Below are positions 1 through 8,629 of a stretch of 43,018 nucleotides of DNA, in pieces (position 1 is the stretch's first letter; each line of letters begins with the position of its first letter). The position numbers and the translations under genes are program-made. Source of the stretch: Clostridiales bacterium (GTDB lineage Bacteria; Bacillota; Clostridia; Christensenellales; UBA1242); contig CAKJYB010000014.1 in NCBI GenBank assembly GCA_918241715.1, positions 1 to 43,018 of the forward strand. The letters are read 5' to 3'. The notes beneath the pieces were generated by a model. That model saw only the letters and a program-made list of their open reading frames with translations, did not search any database and was not told the DNA's origin.

Positions 1-63
1 ATATTGATTTTTTAATTCCGTATTTAATTTTTTGTAATTTTTTTGCTTATTTTTCCAAAGATT

Positions 64-888
64 TTATCTTTCAAAGTTTGCCCATTTGGGAAGTTTCTTA
101 AATGTTTTTCCGTCCAATCCGTCAACGTCAACTTTTCCAAATTTCATCATAAAGCAAGCAAGTTTTTGCTTTCTTTCTTGAAATTTTTTGTTGTCAGAGT
201 TCTTTCCATACTTGCCATCTCCAATAATTGGATGCCCCAAATATGCCAGATGCGCCCTGATTTGATGGGTCTTTCCTGTCAAAAGTTCAATTTGAAGCAC
301 AGAGCTCTCTTTTCCACTCTTTATTGTCCTTACTATCATTTTTATTAAAACGGAATTTGGCACTTTGTTTTGAAAAATCTTTACATAAGAGTTTTCTGCA
401 TCTTTCAACAAATAGGCTTGAAACTCCTTGTCTTTTGCAATAAATTCTCCCACCACTTCAGTCAAATAAAACTTATGAACGTTTCCGTTTTTAAATCCGG
501 ATTCAATTTTCTTGGCATTTTCTTGGTTTTTTGCATAAACCATAACACCTTCCGTGTTTCTGTCAAGTCTGTGGACGGCAATTGCGTTTTTTAAAACGCT
601 TTCTATCCCCTTGTCTCCTTCAGACTCAATTCCTGCATTTTTGTAAATGACATAGACATCTTTGTTTTCAAACAAAATTTCATATTTCTTGTCCAACATG
701 TCGTCCGAATAGAAAAACACAATGTTGTCGCCTTCTTCAAGCCACACATTTTCTTTTGTCGCTTTGCCGTTTACTTTTACATCTTTGTTTCTAAGCATTT
801 TGCTTACATCGACAAAACTAAAACCAAAATCTTGCAGAAAATTTACGATTTTCTTTCTTTTTTCTACTATTATCTCTTTTTTATTCAT
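64..888 (-). CDS. RluA-family pseudouridine synthase with N-terminal S4-like segment
   Basis: ORF 64..927. Motifs HRLDRNTEG (catalytic Asp loop) and GKTHQIRAHL are typical of RluA-type pseudouridine synthases. Start placed at ATG 888 (MNKKEII...) because ATG 927 would overlap the divergent yabP start. Neither candidate has a clear SD. Confidence 0.8.
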   Translation of the reverse strand: MNKKEIIVEKRKKIVNFLQDFGFSFVDVSKMLRNKDVKVNGKATKENVWLEEGDNIVFFYSDDMLDKKYEILFENKDVYVIYKNAGIESEGDKGIESVLKNAIAVHRLDRNTEGVMVYAKNQENAKKIESGFKNGNVHKFYLTEVVGEFIAKDKEFQAYLLKDAENSYVKIFQNKVPNSVLIKMIVRTIKSGKESSVLQIELLTGKTHQIRAHLAYLGHPIIGDGKYGKNSDNKKFQERKQKLACFMMKFGKVDVDGLDGKTFKKLPKWANFER

Positions 889-917
889 AAAGTAATTATA
901 ACTTAAAGGAGAATAAT

Positions 918-1166
918 ATGCAATCAATCTATCTTGAAGACAGAAAAAAGCTTGTAATCACGGGCGCAACAAAAATAATCTCTTCAACAGAAACACAGGC
1001 TGTTGTAGAACTATCACAAGAAACTTTGATTGTTTCGGGAGCTGATTTGGAAATAACCAAACTCAACCTTGAAAACAACGAAGTAAGTTTTTCCGGAACT
1101 ATCAACAATATAAAGTTTTCTCAAAAAGCAGAAAAGAAGAGTCTTTTTAAAAGGATCTTCAAATGA
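918..1166 (+). CDS. yabP: Sporulation protein YabP
   Basis: 82 aa. The pattern LEDRKKLVITGATKI...LEITKLNLENNEVSFSGTI matches the YabP family as I recall it. SD AAAGGAG lies upstream. ATGA overlap with the next ORF, as in yabP-yabQ pairs. Confidence 0.75.
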   Translation: MQSIYLEDRKKLVITGATKIISSTETQAVVELSQETLIVSGADLEITKLNLENNEVSFSGTINNIKFSQKAEKKSLFKRIFK

Positions 1167-1516
1167 TATTGTATGAAACACAAACTCAGCCACAAGTCTC
1201 TTTGTTGTTTGTTCTTTTTGGCTTTTTGTGTGGCTTTGTTTTTGATTTAAAAAACATATTAACCATAAAAAATAAAGGCCCGTTTTTGTCCCATTTTTAC
1301 GAATTTGTGGCTTCTTTGTTTTTGTTTTTTACGTTTTATTTTTTAAATTTAAAAGCAAATTTTGGTTCCGTACGCAATTTTTCTTTTATCATGTTCTTTT
1401 TGTCGTTCTTTCTTCAGCGTTTTTTGATAACAAATTTTGTTGCAAAACCACTTTCAAAGTGCTACAATAAATTTAGGTCAAAAAGAGATGAAAAGAAAAT
1501 GGTGGAAAAATCTTAG
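1163..1516 (+). CDS. yabQ: YabQ-like small polytopic membrane protein (spore cortex biosynthesis family)
   Basis: 117 aa hydrophobic protein translationally coupled (ATGA) to yabP. The call rests on position and hydrophobicity, not on strong motifs. Confidence 0.5.
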   Translation: MILYETQTQPQVSLLFVLFGFLCGFVFDLKNILTIKNKGPFLSHFYEFVASLFLFFTFYFLNLKANFGSVRNFSFIMFFLSFFLQRFLITNFVAKPLSKCYNKFRSKRDEKKMVEKS

Positions 1517-1712
1517 TGCGTTTGAGCTTGTTGCTATTGTTTCAATAGTCTTTTTAACCATTGTGGTTGTAATCACAGCCATTGTTATTGCAAACAAAAA
1601 ACAAAAAATTGACGAAATGGAAGAAAAAAACAAAGAAGTTCAAATAGATTCTTCCCAAACATTTTCTCAGGAAGACAACTTCATATCTCAAATATATAAT
1701 CAGCTTCAATAA
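1488..1712 (+). CDS. Small bitopic membrane protein (occupies the divIC position after yabP-yabQ)
   Basis: Start set to the internal ATG (MKRKWWKNLS...). One TM helix followed by a charged helical tail (KKQKIDEMEEKNKE). Shorter than typical DivIC/FtsB. Assignment is positional only. Confidence 0.3.
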   Translation: MKRKWWKNLSAFELVAIVSIVFLTIVVVITAIVIANKKQKIDEMEEKNKEVQIDSSQTFSQEDNFISQIYNQLQ

Positions 1713-2371
1713 AACAGGCTGATTATTTTTGTTATATACTTATTATATAGTGTTGTAGAAATCTTGCCACTTTGAACAAAAGACTGCAAGCTTTCTGACA
1801 ATGTAAAATTTGCAATTGCAGTCAAGACGACAAACAACACAAAAAACATTACAACGCCTTTAAACAGCCCAAAAACACCACCCATAAATCTATTTTTTGT
1901 TGATATTCCAAGTTTTTTTATCAAAAAATTTGCAGTCCGGTTTAAAATTTTCAGAATCAGCGACGAAACAAAAAACAAAAATATAAAAGAAACCACCTTG
2001 AAAAACAAAATTGATAATGTTGGCGAAAGAATTGCCCCTGCAGTCAAACTTCCGTCAAACTCTATGTTTTTTAAAAGTCTCTCTATAACAACTCCAAACA
2101 ACTTTCCAAACTTTGTTGGAACGATTGCATCAAAAAGTTCCGTCATTGTGGAAAACTTCCCACTTACAACCCCATTTATCAAGTTTGTAAGAAATCTCTG
2201 TACCCCGGCACCAAACAGATTGTTTCCCACCTGTGCAAACCTTCCACAAAAGTAGTATGCAACAAAAAAGGATATTACCACGCCTGCCACAGAAAAAATC
2301 ATTGAAACAAAACCTTTTTTCATTCCAACAAAAAAATATATGACAACAAATCCAAGCAAAACATAGTCCAC
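1706..2371 (-). CDS. cvpA: CvpA-family membrane protein
   Basis: 221 aa polytopic protein. N-terminus MDYVLLGFVVIYFFVGMKKGFV and overall hydrophobic layout resemble the colicin V production protein family. Confidence 0.6.
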   Translation of the reverse strand: MDYVLLGFVVIYFFVGMKKGFVSMIFSVAGVVISFFVAYYFCGRFAQVGNNLFGAGVQRFLTNLINGVVSGKFSTMTELFDAIVPTKFGKLFGVVIERLLKNIEFDGSLTAGAILSPTLSILFFKVVSFIFLFFVSSLILKILNRTANFLIKKLGISTKNRFMGGVFGLFKGVVMFFVLFVVLTAIANFTLSESLQSFVQSGKISTTLYNKYITKIISLFY

Positions 2372-2405
2372 GCTTAAATTTTTGTCATATATCTATATAA
2401 TAATA

Positions 2406-2430
2406 CAAAAAAAACACTTGCGTGGCTTTT
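2406..2430 (-). terminator. Weak candidate terminator after the 7-gene operon
   Basis: Minus strand reads GCCAC-GCAA-GTG followed by a T8 run. The stem is only 3-4 bp, so support is weak. Confidence 0.25.
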
Positions 2431-5400
2431 TTATTTTAATGTAGGAAGTTTTGTAAGGTCGTTTTCATCTATGTCCCAAATCTTATTGTCAAAACCAAAA
2501 ATCAGTTTGTATCCATTGATATTTTTTTCGCAAGTATTTACGCTTACATAACCGTTTGTGTTGTCTATTCCAATTACTTCAATATCTTTTGTCGTATAGC
2601 AATTAAGCACATTTCCACGGGTTTCTCCAACAACTCCAGCCACAACAAAACCTTCTGTATCAGAAATTGAAACGTCAGAATAACAATGATTTATTCTTTT
2701 TTTTATTTCGCCATTCAAATACTCTCCAAACAGCCCAGAAAGAACTCCTTTCGTTTGTTTTGAAGTTTCGTTTGTTATATTTCCTTTTGAATAGTTGTTT
2801 TCAGCCCCGACAAACGCTTGTCCAATCATGGCACCAACAATAACTTCGTCTGCCGAACCATCTAAATTGAAATTTACAACAGATTGATTTCTTTCAATCG
2901 AAATTGAATCTCCATTTTCGGCAATTCCAACAAGTCCACCCATAACCAAGCTTGCATTGTTTGAAATTGAAACAAAATTTGTGTTGTTTGTTATGTTTTT
3001 TTCGATTTTTGATTTTTCTAAAGCTACGGCCACAGCACCACCAAAAGTGGTCTTGTTTTTTGAAATGTTTAATCTAAAGTCTGCAGCGCCGACATTCTTA
3101 ATCATTTCTCCTTCGTTTTTAGAAACAAATCCACCAATCAGTGCGTTTTGGTCGGTATTTATCTCAATATTTCCAGAAATGCTGCAATTTTCAATTCTTC
3201 CGGTGTTGTAAAGGGCAATTCCACCAAACATTTTTACGTTGTTGTACGTTGCGTCTTCCAAAAGAATGATAAGGTTTCTTATTATTCCTGAATTTGTTTT
3301 CAATAAAGAATATTCTCCCTTGTCTCCAACAAGTTTAACCCCAACAAGACAATGTCCGTTTCCGTTTAATGTTCCACCAAAATTGCTTAGTTTCCACTTT
3401 TTCCCTTCAAGGTCAATATCTTCTTCCAAAACAATCTCATAATAGTTTGAATTTTTCATGTAAGTCTGAAGATCTTTTGCTGAAGCAACCCCTATTTTTG
3501 TTTTAAGAAAATAGAAATCAACAACAAACATTGCCAAATTTACAACAGAAAGACACATCAAAACTATGCATGCGGCTTTCCATTTTCTTGTCATTTTTTT
3601 CTTTAAAACACAATACAAAATCAGGCTTATGATTCCAACCATAATGTTGTAGAGAAGAACGCCTAAAACAACTCTGTCAGAAAAATATTTCAAAACTAGT
3701 TTTGCGTTGACGCTGATAAACGTCAAAAAGACAATTCCCATCACACTTGGAACGATTTCCAAAAGCCAAAACAAAAGAGATCTCCAAAATCTCCAATGGC
3801 TTCTTTTTTCCATTCTGTCAATATATGTTTTTTCTTCTCTTTTCTTTTTTATTCTTCTGTCAACAGTGTCGCCCGAAACACCTTTAAGTCCACCACTTTT
3901 TTCCGTCAAAGCAATAACGCTTATTGAAGACTCCAAAGACAAGTCCAAAAGTTCAAGTCTTTCAAAAATCCTTACAAAAAGACTTTTATAGTCGTCAAAA
4001 GTTGAAATCGAATCTAAATTTTGAAGATAATTTTCAAAAGGTGCAAGTTGAAGTTTAAAGTAATTTATTCCCCTTAAATACGTCTTTTCGTCAGTTTTTT
4101 GCATATCAAGCAAAATTCTGTTGTTTCGATTTAAAAAGTCTGTAAGTTTTGTTTTGAGTTCCTTTTTGTCAATGGTCTCTGGTCTGATAGACACTTTTTC
4201 GCCAGAATAAAGGTGCGCTTTGCTTATGATAGCCGCATATTTTTCTGTCTGCTCTTCATTTGCAAGGTTTAAAAGCGTTCCCCATTCTGCCATTTGGGCA
4301 ACATCGACATTTGATGCAATAAGTTCGGCATCAGATTTACAATGAGCCTTTGCTTTGATAAGCATCCAATAAAGTTCGGCCTTTGCTTCCGTTTTTATTA
4401 TGGCAATTGAGATGTATTTTTCAGCAATTTTGAAAAATCCCATTTCTTCAAGTTTTTCAATGATAACTTTAAGAATTTCAACAAGTTTTTCTTTGTCTGT
4501 TATATAAGCCAGATAAAAATCAATTTGCTTTTGCACTTTTTCAGTGTCCATAAAGGCAAGTGGCAACGCCATGTTTACAACGGCATTTACAAACTGCACT
4601 CTTGTAGGTTCGTCCAAAAATTTTAAAGACTTTTCAACTTCTTCTCTGTCTCTATAGTTTAATTTGTCTTCATTTGTTTTGAAGTGGCTTAAAAGCATGG
4701 CAAAATTGCTTTGTTCATGCCCCATGTCAATCTCAAGAACTTTTTGATAGTATTCCTGATTTCCACTATACTGAGCAAGCATAAAATAGAATTCGGCAAA
4801 TCTGTCAACTTCGTCTTTTCTGAAACATCTTAAAACCTTGTCAATGAGTTCTTGGCTCTGTGTTTCTATTGCCTTGTCTTCGGCTTTTTTGATAAATTCG
4901 TCTCTCATAGGAGAAGTGTATTGAGCCAAATACAACAAAAACGCATTATAGTATTCTTCACTGTCAAGACTGATAATAAGTTTTTCCCAGTTGTCAATAA
5001 TCATTTCTGCCAAATCTTTTGAAGCGTATTTCAAAATCTTGTCAATTCTGTCTTTGTCAGAAAAGTTTCCAATGCTTTGGAAAAACTCTCCAGCAGTATG
5101 AACCTTTTTGTCGCACAACATATCTGCAAAGAGAAGTTCGGCGCTGTTTTCGTCTTTTGCAAGCTCTTCATTTATCACTTTTTTTGCTGTTTGAAAGTCA
5201 GAGTTTTTCAGACACAAGAAAATCCATCTAATTCTGTTTGCTTCACTAGTTTCCATGTTTTCAACTTCATAGTGCCCAAGCTCTACAGGATTTATGGCGT
5301 CGTCTATGTTGAAATATTCTTTCTTGTCTGGCGTAACTTTTTTGACATCAATTGTTTCAATCTTTGCCACTTCTTTTACGCCATCTTTGATTGTTTTGTC

Positions 5401-6246
5401 AACTTTTGATGTGATATCTTGCAAAAATGAAGTTGCGTTTAAATCAACAAAACTTTTGCAAAATTTCAAATCGTCTGGAAGATTGTTCTCCGTCAAATCG
5501 TTAAGCGCAATAATAAAACTTTTTGAATATTTTTTTCTTTGGTTTATGAAGTAAGAATATCTGTCAAAAACGTGCTTGTGTTCTGGATCAAAAAACTCTT
5601 TCTTGCTGTTTGAAATCAAAACAAGAGCATTTGACGTAGATAAAGCATGGAAAGTTGTCTCTTCTCTTTCTTTTACATCATTTACAAAATAGGTTTTATA
5701 TCCAAGGCTTTCAAGTTCGGCAATCGCCCTGTCAACCCTTTCGTCTTCGTTGTTTTTGCTGTATTCTGTTGCACACAAAACAACATCATATTTTTCTTTC
5801 TTGTCCAGATTTTTATAGTTTTCGCATATTTTTTCAATACGCTTTTCGATTTCGTTGTATTCAGCAAGAGTTTCTGGTGGAGAATTTTTCATTGCATACT
5901 GAAAGTCAGAATCGTCTTCCAGCGAACACACTTCGCCAAAAAATCTTGGATATTTTCTTGCTCCACGCTTGTTGTTGTAAACAATAATCTTATGTTTTGC
6001 CAGCGCCTTGCCAAAATGTGCTTCGTATGAAAGTGGATACAAAGTTAAAATTTTTTCAAACTCTTTTACTGCCGTTTCAAACTTGAAAGCACGGAGTTTT
6101 TCGTATGCTGCAACAATCAAAAAGTCTTCTTCTTTTGAAGATTGTTCGTCCACATAGAGAGTCCCACAAAACATGCATTTAACCATGTTTTGCCCAACAA
6201 CAGCATATCTCCTTCCACCACAATTTTTGCAAACGCGTTCTTTCAT
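2431..6246 (-). CDS. Multidomain membrane protein: N-terminal Zn-ribbon, TPR-like module, TIR-like flavodoxin-fold domain, long helical region, 3 TM helices, C-terminal GLUG-repeat domain
   Basis: 1271 aa. CKNCG...CMFCG at aa 6-28. YDVVLCAT...ALVLISNS beta-alpha-beta pattern at aa ~152-255. Three hydrophobic helices at aa ~820-913. Repeated GG(I/L/F)(A/V)..N.G.I.N motifs (FGGIALYNTGRIENC, IGGFVSKNEGEMIKN, MGGLVGIAENGDSI, VAGVVGETRGNVLNC) at aa ~955-1225 are typical of GLUG motif domains. Start is 2 nt after the upstream stop. Confidence 0.85.
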   Translation of the reverse strand: MKERVCKNCGGRRYAVVGQNMVKCMFCGTLYVDEQSSKEEDFLIVAAYEKLRAFKFETAVKEFEKILTLYPLSYEAHFGKALAKHKIIVYNNKRGARKYPRFFGEVCSLEDDSDFQYAMKNSPPETLAEYNEIEKRIEKICENYKNLDKKEKYDVVLCATEYSKNNEDERVDRAIAELESLGYKTYFVNDVKEREETTFHALSTSNALVLISNSKKEFFDPEHKHVFDRYSYFINQRKKYSKSFIIALNDLTENNLPDDLKFCKSFVDLNATSFLQDITSKVDKTIKDGVKEVAKIETIDVKKVTPDKKEYFNIDDAINPVELGHYEVENMETSEANRIRWIFLCLKNSDFQTAKKVINEELAKDENSAELLFADMLCDKKVHTAGEFFQSIGNFSDKDRIDKILKYASKDLAEMIIDNWEKLIISLDSEEYYNAFLLYLAQYTSPMRDEFIKKAEDKAIETQSQELIDKVLRCFRKDEVDRFAEFYFMLAQYSGNQEYYQKVLEIDMGHEQSNFAMLLSHFKTNEDKLNYRDREEVEKSLKFLDEPTRVQFVNAVVNMALPLAFMDTEKVQKQIDFYLAYITDKEKLVEILKVIIEKLEEMGFFKIAEKYISIAIIKTEAKAELYWMLIKAKAHCKSDAELIASNVDVAQMAEWGTLLNLANEEQTEKYAAIISKAHLYSGEKVSIRPETIDKKELKTKLTDFLNRNNRILLDMQKTDEKTYLRGINYFKLQLAPFENYLQNLDSISTFDDYKSLFVRIFERLELLDLSLESSISVIALTEKSGGLKGVSGDTVDRRIKKKREEKTYIDRMEKRSHWRFWRSLLFWLLEIVPSVMGIVFLTFISVNAKLVLKYFSDRVVLGVLLYNIMVGIISLILYCVLKKKMTRKWKAACIVLMCLSVVNLAMFVVDFYFLKTKIGVASAKDLQTYMKNSNYYEIVLEEDIDLEGKKWKLSNFGGTLNGNGHCLVGVKLVGDKGEYSLLKTNSGIIRNLIILLEDATYNNVKMFGGIALYNTGRIENCSISGNIEINTDQNALIGGFVSKNEGEMIKNVGAADFRLNISKNKTTFGGAVAVALEKSKIEKNITNNTNFVSISNNASLVMGGLVGIAENGDSISIERNQSVVNFNLDGSADEVIVGAMIGQAFVGAENNYSKGNITNETSKQTKGVLSGLFGEYLNGEIKKRINHCYSDVSISDTEGFVVAGVVGETRGNVLNCYTTKDIEVIGIDNTNGYVSVNTCEKNINGYKLIFGFDNKIWDIDENDLTKLPTLK

Positions 6247-6248
6247 TT

Positions 6249-7391
6249 CTATCCTTGTTTCTTTTTGTTTTGTTTTATTTGATTTCCAATTTCTTCGTTG
6301 TAAGCGTCAAAGCGTTCTATTTCTTTCTTTGTTACGCTTGGTGGCATAACAGCCAAAATATCGTCAAAATCTTTGTTTGTAACTTTTACAATTGTGTCTG
6401 TTGCAATTGCCTTTAAAAGTGGTTCGTCTTTTGCTCTATCGCAAAGTTCTTCAATGTCAGCACCACTATAATTTTCTGTTTTTTCAACCAAATCTTCAAT
6501 GCTAAAATCGTCTGCAACAGGAACACCTTTCATGTTTTTCCTAAGCATAAATTCTCTTGCAGGAGCATCTGGAAGTGGCAAATAAATTTTTTGAGAAAAT
6601 CTTCCAGAACGTGTTGCGGCAGAGTCAATATCCCAAGGTCTGTTTGTTGCTCCAAGAAGAAGCAAGTTTTGGTTTCTTCCAGCAAACCCGTCTATCTGTT
6701 GCAAAAATTCGTTGACACGCTTGTCGTTGTGCGTGTCAACTCCACGTGCACTCAAAAGGTTGTCCATTTCGTCAATAAAAATGATTGCTCTGTCTTGCTT
6801 GTTTGCTTCTGTAAACAAAGCATTTATATTCTTTTCACTATCCCCAACCCATTTGCTTACAATGTCAGAGCCCTTGACAGCATAAAACTTTGCACCAACT
6901 TCATTTGCAATTGCCTTTGCTATCATGGTCTTTCCTGTGCCCGGTGGGCCATACAAAAGAACACCACCACCAGATTTTTTGTTGTAAACTTTGTATTTGT
7001 CAGGATATTTGATTGGATTGATCATTCTGATTGTGATGGCTTTTTTGACGTCATCAAGTCCAGCAACATCAGCAAAGGTGATGTTTGGCACTTCTGCTGC
7101 TTGCCACTTTTTGAGATCTTCATCTTCTTCCTGATTTGCAGTTGTAGGTTTGTCTGTTTTTACTGGCTTTTTGTCAAGGTTTTCGGTCAATCTGACAAGT
7201 CTTCTTGCCCTTTCCATTCTTGCTTCTTTAAGTTTTCCGGTGCTCTGTTTTGCCATGAGCATCATTGTTTCACTTGCAAGAAGAAAATTTCTCCTTGCTA
7301 AAGCAGAATTACCCTTTTCTTGCGCCTGTTTTGCTTTTGCCATATAAAGGTCAAAAGTTTCGGACAAAACTGAAATACTTGGTTCTTTCAC
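6249..7391 (-). CDS. Vps4-like AAA+ ATPase with N-terminal MIT-like three-helix region
   Basis: 380 aa, GTG start. Walker A GPPGTGKT (6927..6950), Walker B IIFIDEMD. Pore-loop and flanking signature SKWVGDSEK resembles Vps4 SKWMGESEK. ATNRPWDIDSA...GRFSQKIYLPLPD and C-terminal DFDDIL..PPSV...ERF..Y..E.G resemble Vps4 and the meiotic-clade AAA proteins. The N-terminal 75 aa are helical and MIT-like. Confidence 0.8.
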   Translation of the reverse strand: MKEPSISVLSETFDLYMAKAKQAQEKGNSALARRNFLLASETMMLMAKQSTGKLKEARMERARRLVRLTENLDKKPVKTDKPTTANQEEDEDLKKWQAAEVPNITFADVAGLDDVKKAITIRMINPIKYPDKYKVYNKKSGGGVLLYGPPGTGKTMIAKAIANEVGAKFYAVKGSDIVSKWVGDSEKNINALFTEANKQDRAIIFIDEMDNLLSARGVDTHNDKRVNEFLQQIDGFAGRNQNLLLLGATNRPWDIDSAATRSGRFSQKIYLPLPDAPAREFMLRKNMKGVPVADDFSIEDLVEKTENYSGADIEELCDRAKDEPLLKAIATDTIVKVTNKDFDDILAVMPPSVTKKEIERFDAYNEEIGNQIKQNKKKQG

Positions 7392-7405
7392 TTATCTTCT
7401 CTCTT

Positions 7406-7999
7406 TTATTTTGCTTCTGATTCGATTTTCTTTTTCAATTCGTCAATTTCTTTTTCGATGTTTTCGTCTGAAAGTCCGTCCAAACTTGCTTGTTCTTCAA
7501 TAAACTTTTCAAACTCTTCGTCTGTCATCTTGCCGGTCTTGTCTTTTCCAGCATTATAGAATGTTTCTTGGCTCATTTCCATAAAGTTGTCAATTTGGTC
7601 TGTTTGTGTTTCTACGGCAGCCATTGCGTTTTCAAACTGAGCCTGAATTTTTGCAAACTCTTTTGCATCAGCAAGTTTTGTCATTTCTCTGCTTATATCA
7701 CTCATTCCCCTTAAGAATTCTGATGTCATCATTGTAACATCTCTCATTTGGGCTGTGATTTCAAAGTTTAAAAGCATTTCTTGTGCTCTTCTTTGTTGTT
7801 GAACGGTCATCTTATAACCACTGAGAGCAAGGTTGTATTGTGCTTCCAAATCTTTTTCTTTTGCTCTTTTGGCTGCATCAATAAACACCTGTTTTTGATC
7901 TTCCAAACGATTGATTTGTTTGTTCATTGTGTTGATTGTTCTTTTAATCAACATCTTCTTTTCCAATTCTTTTTGTTGTTTTGATTTAAAAAGTCCCAT
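7406..7999 (-). CDS. ESCRT-III superfamily (Snf7/CHMP/PspA-like) protein, paralogue 1
   Basis: 197 aa all-helical. N-terminus MGLFKSKQQKE resembles CHMP3/PspA N-terminal amphipathic motifs. Basic N-terminal half and acidic C-terminal half. Segment MRDVTMMTSEFLRGMSDISREMTKL...FAKIQAQFENAM parallels CHMP alpha3-alpha4 regions. SD GGAGG lies 9 nt upstream, inside the preceding gene end. Confidence 0.65.
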   Translation of the reverse strand: MGLFKSKQQKELEKKMLIKRTINTMNKQINRLEDQKQVFIDAAKRAKEKDLEAQYNLALSGYKMTVQQQRRAQEMLLNFEITAQMRDVTMMTSEFLRGMSDISREMTKLADAKEFAKIQAQFENAMAAVETQTDQIDNFMEMSQETFYNAGKDKTGKMTDEEFEKFIEEQASLDGLSDENIEKEIDELKKKIESEAK

Positions 8000-8003
8000 T
8001 TTT

Positions 8004-8618
8004 TTATTCCTCCATCTTCATTTTTTTCTTTTTTGGTGCTTCTTTTTCTGCCTCTTCAACACCTATATCGTTTTCGTCTGCAAGTTGGTTTTCTTTTTCA
8101 AACATCAAAAGCACATCTTCTTCTGTCTTCCCAACTCCATAAATTGGTTCGCTTACGTCATAAGCAGCTCTAACTTCGTTGAAAAGTTCGTCAGCATTTG
8201 TAAGCACATCTTCACTTGAAATTCTGGTTTCAAGAGCTTTGTTTAGAAATCTTGCCAAACCTTTTTGGTCTTTCAAAAGGTTGCTAAGTGGAACCTTTGT
8301 TTGCGTCTTGAAAAATGTGTTGCTGTCAAACGCATCTTTAAGTTTGTTCATAAGACGAATGTTGTAAAGCAAATACATTCCCCTTTCCATTGACGTTTGC
8401 TTTTCTTCATTTAAGTTTGCAATCTTTTTTGCATACAAAAGTTGAAGATCTTTGTTTCTCTCTTTCTTTCCCTTTTCCATAAGAGCATCAATTTCTTTTA
8501 TCTTTTGGTAAATCTCTGCTTCTATTGTTCTTTCTTGCCTTTCAAGTTCGCAAATAGAGTTTACCAAATCTTCTCTCTTAAGTCTTTTGTATTTGTTTCT
8601 TCTAAATGGCCACCACAT
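8004..8618 (-). CDS. ESCRT-III superfamily-like coiled-coil protein, paralogue 2
   Basis: Start set to ATG 8618 (MWWPFRRNKYK...) because SD AAGGAG lies 6 nt upstream. The TTG at 8636 in the ORF track is less likely. Basic aromatic N-terminus, long helical hairpin-like heptads, acidic C-terminal tail (EEDVLLMFEKENQLADENDIGVEEAEKE). Confidence 0.55.
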   Translation of the reverse strand: MWWPFRRNKYKRLKREDLVNSICELERQERTIEAEIYQKIKEIDALMEKGKKERNKDLQLLYAKKIANLNEEKQTSMERGMYLLYNIRLMNKLKDAFDSNTFFKTQTKVPLSNLLKDQKGLARFLNKALETRISSEDVLTNADELFNEVRAAYDVSEPIYGVGKTEEDVLLMFEKENQLADENDIGVEEAEKEAPKKKKMKMEE

Positions 8619-8629
8619 AATTTTCTCCT

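Noticed and set aside
1437-1487. Upstream part of ORF 1437..1712, overlapping the yabQ-like gene
   Set aside because: This part overlaps the yabQ frame. The internal ATG at 1488 gives a typical signal-anchor N-terminus (MKRKWW...), so the longer form was not adopted.
6591-7301. 236-aa plus-strand ORF, Cys-rich, antisense to the Vps4-like gene
   Set aside because: It lies entirely inside a well-supported minus-strand CDS and has no SD. Its low-complexity composition is typical of shadow frames in AT-rich DNA.
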